Assembly (NCBI GenBank): GCA_964016885.1
Contig: OZ024743.1
Location: 156,736,001 to 156,800,000 of the forward strand
Direction of reading: 5' to 3'
Source: Eledone cirrhosa
Taxonomy: Eukaryota
DNA: 64,000 nucleotides
Made by a program: the position numbers and the translations under genes. The notes under the pieces are model-generated. The model was given only the letters and a program-made list of their open reading frames with translations, ran no database searches and had not been told where the DNA came from. How positions within the stretch are numbered: the first letter of the stretch is position 1; the number at the start of each line of letters is the position of its first letter. Below are positions 53,951 through 64,000 of this stretch, piece after piece.

Positions 53951-54203
53951 TTTCTCAGCGTTTAAAATGACATTAACACAATACACGAACAGTTGTCGAG
54001 CCAGCAAAATTTTGACCTGCAAAATTCATCAGTTCGAACACTAAGCTTCCGTTTTGCTTCATTTCCATTTAAAAGCCTTTTAAAACAATATTTTTACTTG
54101 AAAACAAGTCTATTTAAAGACTACGTAAAACAAGCAAATATTTCGTAAAAAAAAGCAAAAATTATATAAGTTTATTTAAAATATATGTATCTGTAAATTT
54201 CGT

Positions 54204-54459
54204 TAGGCGTGCAGACAGACAGTCGTGCAGACAGACAGTCGTGCAGAGAGGTGATATAGGCGTGCAGACAGACAGTCGTGCAGAGAGATGATATAGGCGT
54301 GCAGACAGACAGTCGTGCAGAGAGGTGATATAGGCGTGCAGACAGACAGTCGTGCAGAGAGTTGATATAGGCGTGCAGACAGACAGTCGTGCAGAGAGGT
54401 GATATAGGCGTGCAGACAGACAGTCGTGCAGAGAGGTGATATAGGCGTGCAGACAGACA
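54204..54459. repeat. 37-bp minisatellite (~7 units) inside Helitron
   Basis: TAGGCGTGCAGACAGACAGTCGTGCAGAGAGGTGATA at 54204, 54257, 54294, 54331, 54368, 54405 and 54442. Confidence 0.95.
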
Positions 54460-54969
54460 TAACTAATAATTTGGTTACGCTAATGTTTTTCTCTGCGTTG
54501 CAGTGTTTACATTTTCGATCTTTGTTAATAAATAACCAGTGCAGTTTTTATCCCCACCATCCTCTTTTGTTATAACATTCGGGTTATCGTTATGTTTTCT
54601 TAACTTCATAAGGCATATTGTTGGTTGAGGGAATATTAATCAAAAACACCACATGCAAGTCTGCACAGTAGACACTACAGTTTTTAAGCCAAAAAAGAAA
54701 CTTAACATTGTAACTTTAACACAGCTACTGAGCGACCCCGAAGCAACGCCGGGCTTTACTGCTAGTAAATAATAAAATCGAACCATATCTTTCAAAATCA
54801 GTTATGTATTCTTTCATATAAGAAATAAACTTCAAATGTACAATACGGTACCGTTCATCTCCATTAGTCACGAAACATTGTGTTGCAGAATAAATGGGAG
54901 AAAAATGGTATTAAATAAAACATGTTTACATGTCTTTGTTTGTATATCGACTACCATTGATATACACGA

Positions 54970-55070
<101 letters not shown>

Positions 55071-55137
55071 CAAGGTTTAGCAAATAAGAAAATGTTTCAA
55101 AATAAATTTCAAAAAGTTCACTGTACTTACTATGGTT

Positions 55138-55224
55138 ACCTTTACCGAAAGGGTTTCGAGTCTCAAAAATAAATGGATAGTCCTTGTGGGCCTCCATTGA
55201 AAATATATACTCTCGTCAGGAGGT
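55138..55224 (-). ncRNA. Type I hammerhead ribozyme, element B copy 1
   Basis: Minus strand reads ACCTC-CTGACGA-GAGT..ACTC-GAAA-CC-CTTTC-GG-TA-AAGGT. Confidence 0.8.
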
Positions 55225-55621
55225 TCTTTTCATTCGTAAGAATATAAAATTCCAGAGTTTGAATTACGAACTGGCGCTATTCAAAATTGTTCCCGAGATG
55301 TGAATGAATGATGTGGAAGCAATTCTGTCCAGTGCCGTGTGCAAAGATAGCAGGCAGAGGCAGGGAGGTCAATCTTCTACCACTATAAATAGCAGCAGTC
55401 AAACGACCAAATTTTATCTCGACCAGGGGGAGATTAATAATAATAAAGTATATATCCCTACACGCAAAAAAACATATAGGGACACATGTATTATCCAACA
55501 ATATGCCAATGTGGTTCTATGGCAAGTTAATAAATTAACGAGCCAGAACATATATAATCAAGGTTTAGCAAATAAAAGTTTCAAAATAAATTTCAAAAAA
55601 TTCACTGTACTTACTATGGTT

Positions 55622-55708
55622 ACATTTACCGAATGGGTTTCGAGTCTCAAAAATAAATGGATAGTCATTGCGGGCCTCCATCGAAAATATAAACTCTCGT
55701 CAGAAGGT
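55622..55708 (-). ncRNA. Type I hammerhead ribozyme, element B copy 2
   Basis: Minus strand reads ACCTT-CTGACGA-GAGT..ACTC-GAAA-CC-CATTC-GG-TA-AATGT. The consensus of both copies gives a perfect stem I, ACCTT/AAGGT. Confidence 0.8.
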
Positions 55709-55989
55709 TCTTTTCAATCGGAGAATATAAAATTCCCGAGTTCGAATTACGAACTGGCGCTATTCAAAATTGTTCCCGAGATGAGAATGAATGATGTGGA
55801 AGCAATTCTGTCCAGTGAGTACAGGGAATTTTTTGAAATTTATTTTGAAATTTTTTTTAATTTGCTAAACCTTGATTATATATGTTCTCGCTCGTTAATT
55901 TATTAACCTGCCACAGTACCACATTGGCATATGTTTGGATAATACATGTGTCCCTATATGTTTTTTTGCGTGTAGGAATATAAACTTTA

Positions 55990-56025
<36 letters not shown>

Positions 56026-56074
56026 CATATATATATCATATATATATACATACTTACTTATATATATATATATA

Positions 56075-56712
56075 TTAGAAATATAAGCTTTCACCGTATT
56101 TTTGACTAAAGACATGTTTAGCCTGATAGTGGAGTTTAGAACTCTCAGAGAAATAGAAAAAGATGAGTATTGACGTACATGGGAGTCGAACCCACACCTT
56201 TGGTTATACAGACCACTGTGCTTCCATTAAACCAACACATCACCCATCTCCTTCCATTCAAATTAGAAGTTACATTCTTAGCAAGTAAATGATAAGTAAG
56301 TATGTTTTGAAATAGTGAACGAGTTTGAAATTAGTATTATAAGCTTTCACCGTATTTTTTACTAAAGAAATATTTTTTAGCCTGATAGTGGGGTTTAGAA
56401 CCCTCAGAGAAACGGAAAAGATGAGTATAAAACATGGGAGTCAAACCTACATATTTGGTTATCCAGACCACTGTGCTACCGTTACACCAACACAACACTA
56501 TCATGGTAATAATTTCTTTAGTCAAAAATACCGTGAAAGCTTATATTTCTAATTTCAAACTCGCTCACTTGTCATTTACTTGCTAAGAATGTAGCTTCTA
56601 ATTTGAATGGAAGGAGATGGGTGATGTGTTGGTGTAATGGTAGCACAGTGATCTGGATAACCAAAGGGGAATATTTCTAATTTCAAAGTAGCTCGCTGTT
56701 TCAAAACATACT

Positions 56713-56715
<3 letters not shown>
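56075..56715 (-). mobile_element. 256-bp tandem repeat containing a tRNA-like sequence, with inverted arm
   Basis: AAGCTTTCACCGTATT at 56085 and 56341; inverted segments at 56512-56668 and 56672-56715; (TA)n on both sides. Confidence 0.75.
56171..56241 (-). pseudogene. tRNA-like cloverleaf (tRNA-derived head, probably not a functional tRNA)
   Basis: The consensus of three copies, GATGTGT-TG-GTGT-AATGGTA-GCAC-A-GTGGT-CTG(G/T)ATA-ACCAA-AGGT-GTGGG-TTCGACT-CCCAT-GTACGTC, has A and B boxes. Other copies lie at ~56429-56496 (-) and 56623-56668 (+, truncated). Confidence 0.65.
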
Positions 56716-56774
<59 letters not shown>

Positions 56775-56775
<1 letters not shown>

Positions 56776-57900
56776 GGTTATCTTAAAAATGCGTGCGTAG
56801 GCGGCATGCCGGTGGAGCACTAAATTCTTGCGCAGAGCAGAGTATAGTACAATAAGTATATGGAACAAGGATTATTTTTGCATCATAACACATCTAATAA
56901 AATATTACATATGTTTCACTATCGATCAACACGAGGCAAGATCTATTATACCTCGAACCTGACTCTGTAATCAAAAGGTCGTCAGATATACTTAGTATAT
57001 GAGTTCGTCTCCGATTCATAATGAGCCAACTTGATGTCGAAATCCTCCCTTCGTATGACTCTGCGGATAGCGCTGGTGGTTTTCTCTCCCAGGTATGGGA
57101 TCTTGAGGAAGCATTTATCCCTCATGTCGTGTTGCCTCCTGTACCTAGGGTCCCTTATTCTGTTGGTAAAAGATCCTGGATATCAGTTGGCCTCCAATTA
57201 CCCTGTAGAATATCTTGGCGTGGGTGGTGCCACACACTGGATCATTGCATCTGTCTTTTATCCGCTTGATCTCGTTTGTGATGTATCCTCTTTTGGCACT
57301 GCCAGGAAGAGCAGGCTTGAAGTGGACAAACAGGTTTCTGCAAGCCGCCTTGTGGATCCCCCCGTATTGCATGATGCTAAGTCGGAAATGAAGGAGGGCT
57401 ATGGACCCGCCGTTGCTGGAGCGCTCTATACTGTTCTCATCCGTGTTATTGAAAAGCTCGTAAATCCCGTCAGCCGTTTCTGGGGAGGATGTAAGGATGA
57501 GGATATCTTCCACATATCTTGAGAAGAATGCGGCGTAGGGGTAGCAGATATGAAGCCCTTTGTGTTTTAGCTGGTCAAGGTATACCTGAGAGGCTTCACC
57601 CCCATGTGTAGCCGTGGGGTCTGCTGGCATGTGTGGCCAAGAAAGTCGAAATAAGTGTCGTTGACGATAAGAGATAGGAGGACCTGGTGGATGTCGGTGG
57701 TGATTCCGAAGCAGTGAGGCTGGTGGATAATATTCGCTCCATCTGTATATCGACGACCGGGAATGCTGGAACCTAGATGTATAGAGTGACTACGTCAAGG
57801 CCGAAGGCCTACCTTTCAAAAGTTGATGTAAGCTCGTGAAGCAGACATTTCGAAGTCGAATCATTCTGAAATCTACGTCGGATTAGCGATTCTGGATGTA
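56775..57900 (-). mobile_element. Decayed PLE (RT fragment plus pLTR)
   Basis: FGLDVVTLY.VP, RYVEDILIL, KAACRNLFVHFKPALP..KRGYITNEIKRIKDRC; a 3' HHR and an end at (TA)n. Confidence 0.75.
56902..56990 (-). ncRNA. Type I hammerhead ribozyme (PLE pLTR)
   Basis: Minus strand reads ATAT-CTGACGA-CCTTTTGATTA..TGATCGATAGT-GAAA-CATATG-TA-ATAT. Confidence 0.65.
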
Positions 57901-58479
57901 ATCATTTACATATTAAGAAAACATGTGTAAGTTAAATAATTACTACGAATGGAACAGTTAATATAATATGAACAGAAATATACATAATTATATTGCGATA
58001 CGGATTCTATGCCGGTTAGATTTATAAAAGTAGAAAGTTTTAAAGAGTTTATGTCTACAATTAAAAATGAGGCCAATTTATTATTTATTATTTTTTTCTG
58101 GTAAAAATATAGTACAGTTCTAGTATACAAATGTTACAAACAGCTGTATAATTATGTACTGGTCGGTAAATCCCAGGAAAGACCAAGAAATCCCATATTC
58201 AGTTCCATTACCCTCAAGTTCGCAAATGTTGTTGGCTAAAGTGGTAGAATTTTTTAGTTTATTAATTTTGAAGGGATGTGTGTGTACATATCATCTTTCC
58301 TTAAATACATTTGAAGTAGTCCCTATATATATTATTTTCTCTTTGTTTGCCGTAATCAAACACAAGTATACCATCTCACTGCGCATAAACATATTTTGTA
58401 TGGGGTAGTTTTCGTGCTGTCGGGAATTACAGTATATCTATTTTCTGTGGGATGGTCCATTCTTATTATCGTTACTTTT

Positions 58480-58670
58480 AGATGCTGCATGTATGAGAAT
58501 AGGTTCTATTTATTTCCCCTGGTTGAGAATATCCTATGGTAAACTTTCTTTGGCATCCTAGAGGCGTTCATGCACGAGACATGGCCAACACAGCGGAGCT
58601 CTCTCAGCATCAGCATGATCTCAATGCCTGTGATATTGACCCTCTTGATAACTTCCTCGTTTGATAGATA
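58480..58670 (-). mobile_element. RTE-BovB-like C-terminal fragment
   Basis: SNEEVIKRVNITGIEIMLMLRELRCVGHVSCMNASRMPKK matches the RTE C-terminal LRW.GHV.RM...R.PK motif. Confidence 0.7.
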
Positions 58671-58921
58671 TCTTTCTTTATTTGCCACAGGGGCGTACAA
58701 AGATGTGACATTACAAGACGTGACCGCGGGGTTTTTACATAGAAATAACTTTGACATTAATAAATAATAATAAACTATATATAATAAAATAACAATTGAA
58801 ATCCCCAGTAGGGGAGAACGTTACTGCAGGGTTGTTTTACACCCCATGGATAGAACAATCCTCAACATCAGGAACACGTTTTGTAGGTTTTCCTGTCTTC
58901 CCTCGATTTATCTTCCTCAAC

Positions 58922-61900
58922 CTACAGGTTTATATACAAAGAAGTCCCATTCACTCGGGCCATTTTTGCCACATTCACCCAGCTTTCAGCGAATTTACTG
59001 GGGTGTAGCACCTCTCTCTCCACTCTCACCTTCCTTCTGAAGTGATACTTAAAGAAGGTGATAAGTTGTTGTCCGGAAAGAAAGGTGTTTGCCCTCAGTC
59101 CTGTTAACCTCGTCCACCATATTACCTCTTTCGCCATAGCCACCAGACAGAGGAAAACTGCCTCTCCTTCGTTCTTAAATGAAGGCGGCGGGGTGAGCTT
59201 CACGATGGACTCGGCTGACAACTGGATGCGTCCCACACGTGACAGCAGCTGTTCGACATAATTCCACAGTTCGGTCACCCTTGGGCACTGAACAATTGCG
59301 TGCAGAACGGTTTTGATGTCATGCTCGCATCTTGGACACGTCTTTTTGGCAGGATCTCTGCCAGGGCGTCCGTGTTGGTAGATTTTGTCTCGAACTAGTA
59401 GAGCTCCTCGGTAGCAATGGCAGGCCAGAGACCTCAGGAAGTTATCCATAGGCCCTGGACGGAAAGTCCTTCCGAACAGTCTGGTCAGTTCATCCTCCTA
59501 GTTGCCTAGATTTTCCCGGAGAACGTCGTCGCACTTATCCTCCACTAATCCCCCATAGAATGTCGAAGTGGAGTCTCCGCTGATTGCTGTTTCCGATTGG
59601 TAGAGGGCTGTGAGCGCCCGTAGGCACTCGAGGTGCCATGCACCCATTTTCGGTCTTCGCTTGACCAAGGACTGCAGCTCTGTTAGTGAGACGAGTTGTG
59701 GAAGAGCTTGTCTCACAAACGACAGCCACACCGGTTCACCGGTCAGGAATACCAGGATATGACGTAGCCTCAGCGCATGTTTGCGCATTATCAGCCTCGG
59801 CATGCCGATCCACCCGTTAGAAGGGTGTTGACAGCAGATGGATCTCCTCACTAATGTAGCTTGCTTCTTCCAGAGGAACTTGAAGAGTAGGCGTTCCATT
59901 TTGTTAAGGTATTCGCGGGGGCAAGGCACAACTGTCAAGCGGTAGTAGATGACGGAAGCTATGTAAGTGTTCGCCACTTCCTCTCGACCTTTCAAGGAGA
60001 GTTTGCACTCAGACCACTTCTGTGTAAGTGCAAACACCTTCGCCGTGACCTCGTTCCAGTTTTTGTACATCTGGAGGTCTGGACCGAACCAGACACCGAG
60101 CAATTTCACCGGTCCTTCCGTCCAACGTCCTACGACACTGTCGGAAGGCATGGGTTTGCCTCTCCATGTGCCGAGTTTCAAACCGACAGACTTGTTTGGG
60201 TTTAGTCTTGCTCCTGTCAAAGTTTCGTATTGCTGTAATAGGTTGCTGATTACCCTGATTTCCTAAGTTTTCGACACCATTACTGTTATGTCGTCGGCAT
60301 AAGCTGACGCTGCTTTCCGTAGTCCTGGTTCGATCGGGATGCCTTGCAACAGCTCCAACACCCGCAGTAACGGCTCGAGAGTCAGTACATACAGAATGGA
60401 AGAGAGAGGGCATCCCTGGCGGATGGAACCAATGATTTGGAATGGCTCTGATAGGTAACCATTCACCTTGACTGCCGAGCAGATGCTGGTGTGTATGGTA
60501 GCGATCCAGCCTCTGAAGTCGAGACCGAAGCCGGCCGCCTTGAGAACTGCTTCCAAGTGTTGTGGTGGACCCTATCAAATGCCTTAGACTGATCTAATTT
60601 TTATCAGAGCCCCACCAAAGCCAGGTTTACACCCTACCCTCTCTATGATGTATCGCATGAGGTGTACGTTGTCGTATATGGACCTGGTCGGGATTGCACA
60701 CGTTTGGGCTTCCCCTACGAGGTTCTCGACGACAAGCGCCAGCCTTGCTGCTAACACCTTGGCCAAAATCTTTAACTCTGCGTTGAGCAGAATTATGGGC
60801 CTGAAATTGCTTATCTCATCCCCCTTGTTCTCATCTTTCATGATCAACGCTACTACGCCTCTGCCTACAGAACTTGGAATCCTCCCGTTCTGCTGCCAGT
60901 TGCAGTAGACCGATTTGAGGACGCCAAAGAACAAGTCTGGCATGCCTATGTAAATCTCATAGGGTAGACCATATAAACCGGGTGATTTGCGTTTCCCGCA
61001 GCGGCCTAGGGCATCTTCTATTTAGCCCGCTGTGATCCGGTTTCGCAGCTCTCCGCACCCGTGCTCGAGAGTCGCGGTACGCCGTCGAGGTAGGAGCTGA
61101 AGTCCATCACCTCGCTGGATGTACCGTTTTGCCCGAACAGTTGTTCAAAATGCTGCTGGAAGGACGCGCACATCTACTTGGATTCAAGTATAATGCGTCC
61201 ATCTTTGTCTTGCAACACCTTTGGCTCCTTCGTTTCTTAGAGCATGTGTTCTACTACTGACAATACAACCTTCGTGTTTCACGTTGAAGAACTGGTCTGG
61301 TGCCGTTCTCGCCGCTAGCACGTCAGCTGTACTGTCATTCCTAAGTGCCTCTTCTATTTTAGATACGAGTTCCTTTTCAGTTTTGATTTTTTCTAAAGCT
61401 ATTTCCTTGCTAAATGCTATCGATTCTATTCTAATTGCTCTCTTCAGAGAGCTCCACCACCTGTTGTTGACGACGCCCCCGTCAACTGGCACTTAACTAA
61501 GGTGCTAATCCGTTTCCTGTAGGCCTTACGCGCCGGAAGCGACATGTTTAGCTTCCAGCACCCGGGTCCCTGTCTATCTGTTCTATCAAGGTTGACTACG
61601 CAGGTGACTAATTTGTGGTCTGAATAGGCAAACATATGCATTTGTGGACAGCTTAATGTTTCCTTATCATTCTGTCTAATTAAAAATCTATCTAAATAAG
61701 ATCTGATCTAGAAGACTCAGTGCGGTTTCTCCACGTCCTCAGTGGTGCACTTAGGAAGTCAAGTCGATATCTATCAGCCAGTTGGAATTGGATGATGAGA
61801 TTTTTGAGGCTATTACACCCCCCCCCCTCTATTATCACAAGCTCCTACATAATCCCAACGTACGTCTAAGATGCCATTCCAGTCCCCCGCTAACACTAAG

Positions 61901-62303
61901 GAGCGAGACGGTCCCAGGAATGGTTCCAGACGCTTGAAGAAGTCTGGTAGCGATGTCCCAGTCGGGGCGTATACGGCCACCAGTCTGAAAGCTCCACCTT
62001 CACTACCATTCATGTCCAGGACTACCAGGCTGCCCACCAGGTCCAAGTGAACGTCTGTATTTTGAGATCCAAGTTTTTTCGAAACAGAACAGCAACAACT
62101 CCTCCACCTCCTGGCTGACAGAGAGATGCGTAGATCTAAAAATCATCGAACATGGGGGTTAGCTGCTGGTTACCGTGAATCCTGGACTCAGTGATGGCTA
62201 TCACATCTTTACAATGTGACCTGAGATCATTTAAAAGCTGGCCCTGTTTCCAAGACATGCCCAGGCCACGTACATTCAAACATCCAGCTTGTATAGTCGC
62301 CAT
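58922..62303 (-). pseudogene. Tx1 ORF2 (APE, RT, C-terminal Cys-His), multiple frameshifts and stops
   Basis: MATIQAGCLNVRGL, FRLVAVYAP, AGDWN, SDHKLV, WKLN, NFRPIILLN, IRQGCPLS, SAYADD, KLLGVWF, LSLKGR, CPRC..TVLHAIVQC. Confidence 0.9.
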
Positions 62304-62343
62304 GTTGGTGAAGAAGAGTTAAGGAGAGAAAAGGCAGGAACAC

Positions 62344-64000
62344 TTAACTTTTCGTTTCCTGTAGGTCGGGTTGTTCGATCTCCATGTCCAGATTGGTGGT
62401 GTTTGTGGAGGGAGGGTATCCTTTTTATAGGACACGGTTAAGGGGCTTTTGGCAAGGGGGGGGGGGCACAGCATGTGGGAAGTTCTCTTTTAAAGTGTCA
62501 TACTGTAGGGTTGTTACCCTAATAAGTTTGAGGTTTGGGGGTGGGTCGTTGGTAGGGAAGCTTTTCCCCTCCGTTTTTATTGTGGGGTCCTTTCGCACAG
62601 TTTCCACCAGTTCTTTGTTTCTTGTTTTTATGTATGTGTAGTCTGTTTTGTTTTTTATGTATACTGTTTTTGTTTGTAGTTTTCTTTTTGTGGTTGGGGT
62701 TTGTAATTGTGGTGGTGTGGGTGTTTGTTTTGTTGGTGAAGTGGTTGGTTGTATTGATGGTGATTGTGTTGTTGGTGTGTTTGTCGTTTGTGGCGGTGTG
62801 TTTATGGTGGGGTTGGGTTTGTGTGTTTTTTCTTTAGATGTTTATGTGTCTTTTTTGTGTATTTTTTGTTTTTGGATTTTTGGGGTTCCTCTTCATTCTC
62901 ACTTAGAGATGTAGAGGTTCCCGTGTCTGAGACTTCTGAATAAGGGGTAGATGGAAGGGGTATGTTGTGTGGTGGAGTGTTTGTGCAGGTGTTTGTGGAA
63001 GTATTTGACAGGGGGGGGAGAGGCAATGGAGGGTTCTTCAGTGGGATTTTGTGTGTGTGTTGTTGTCTCTGGTCTGTGGTCGTGTGGGAGTGGCAGTTGC
63101 AGGTGTTTGTGTTGTGTTTCGTTTGGGGCGTTGATGTTGGGGTTTTGGTGTTGCTAATAACACCTTGTTTGTCCTCGGTTTGGTTAAGAGAGGGTAAAAT
63201 GCCTTTAAGTGTGTGGTTTTCATACACTTATGGCACTGAGGTCTTTTCTCCTCCACTAAAATGGAGATGACATATTATTCAAGGACGATCCTGTCCGGTA
63301 TTTTCTCAACTCTCTCTGGCCTCATGTGTACCATAACCTCGATGCAGGTTCCAAAACAGTTATGCCGTTCTTTCCTGTCTACAGATAGGAGGGTGTCCTC
63401 ATCATTATTCAGGATGCAGCGTAGGATCCACCATATGTTGGATCCTACGCTGCATCCTGAAGAAGGATGAGGACACCCTCCTATCTGTTGGGAGCATTAT
63501 GGGTTTTTTGGTAGTGATGTCAACTGTTCTATAAATTTGCTTCATTTTCTGTGTCATTTCTCTTACTTGTACGGGTATGTGTATGTGTGGGGTGTCTCCC
63601 TCAAATGTCACATAGTTGGAAGCTTCTTCCAAATATTGGGACTTTTGGGAAATGTCCATGGAATAGTATTTAAAATCCTGTTGCTTAGCAAAGGTCGCTG
63701 CAAATGAAATTTTGTTATTGTTGTTGTTGGTGGTGATGATGGTCTCATTCGTTGTGTTGCCACTGATTCCTTTTTGTTGTGTTGTTGTTGTTCTCATTTA
63801 TTGTGTTGTTGTTGTTGGTTGTGGTGGTGTTAGTGTTTGCTACATATACTTCCTTCTGTGTGTGGATACATGTGACGTTTTTGACGTCAGGCGTGTTCAG
63901 TTGCTTACAAGCAGATGAAGCTTGTTCCTCTTCTAAATGTTGAGGCGATAATGTTGGCATTCCTTTGTCCATGTCTGCTACTACCTGCTGGTCAAGTAGG
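62344..64000 (-). pseudogene. Tx1 ORF1 remnant
   Basis: Thr/Asn-rich low complexity, ISFAA, and a decayed zinc knuckle RPQCHKCMKTTHLKAFYP; lies just upstream of ORF2. Confidence 0.65.
63381..63488. repeat. 108-bp near-perfect palindrome inside Tx1 ORF1
   Basis: ACAGATAGGAGGGTGTCCTCATC..GGATCCACCATATGTTGGATCC..GATGAGGACACCCTCCTATCTGT. Confidence 0.92.

Larger units (their letters stand above)
53551..54765 (+). mobile_element. Non-autonomous Helitron (1.2 kb)
   Basis: 5' end A|TCTATATATATAAAAC..GTCTGTCTGTC; 3' end CCCG-AAGCAACGC-CGGG..CTGCTAG|T; internal tandem repeats. Confidence 0.88.
58672..64000 (-). mobile_element. Tx1/L1-clade LINE (runs off the window at its 5' end)
   Basis: ORF1 remnant, ORF2 APE-RT-Cys domain, and a 3' UTR ending GCCCCTGTGGCAAATAAAGAAAGA. 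Confidence 0.9.

Noticed and set aside
54204-54459. 37-bp repeats resembling a CRISPR array
   Set aside because: The units are contiguous with no unique spacers, there are no cas genes and the context is eukaryotic. It is a Helitron-internal minisatellite.
55304-55906. 200-aa ORF
   Set aside because: It runs antisense to the HHRs across tandem and inverted junctions and has no recognisable domain, so it is likely a chance ORF.
56171-56241. Functional tRNA-Tyr(GTA) or tRNA-Ser(GGA) gene
   Set aside because: The anticodon differs between copies, stems have several G-U pairs and mismatches, there is no long variable arm, and it is embedded in a rearranged repeat.

Overview
AT-rich, microsatellite-dense eukaryotic DNA with no host protein-coding exon that I could support. 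The SINE family and repeat mix resemble an octopod cephalopod genome (inference). The window is a mosaic of transposons: two non-autonomous Helitrons plus a third 3' end, several Penelope-like elements (PLEs, one near full-length and Naiad-like), a full-length RTE LINE with a 9-bp TSD, decayed RTE-BovB, Dong/R4 and Tx1/L1 LINEs, about eight copies of one tRNA-derived SINE, and a tandem non-autonomous LTR element with tRNA-Trp primer sites. About 15 type I hammerhead ribozyme (HHR) motifs, intact or decayed, can be read by eye on both strands. The most interesting signal is two unrelated non-coding tandem elements (47.8-49.1 kb, 465-nt monomer; 55.1-56.0 kb, 484-nt monomer). Each has one HHR per unit, an inverted arm that crosses the unit junction, and (TA)n flanks, so both are candidate circRNA-forming retrozymes mobilised by PLEs. 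A third element with the same architecture (56.1-56.7 kb) carries a tRNA-like cloverleaf instead of an HHR. All alignments and RNA folds were done by eye; boundaries of decayed elements are approximate.
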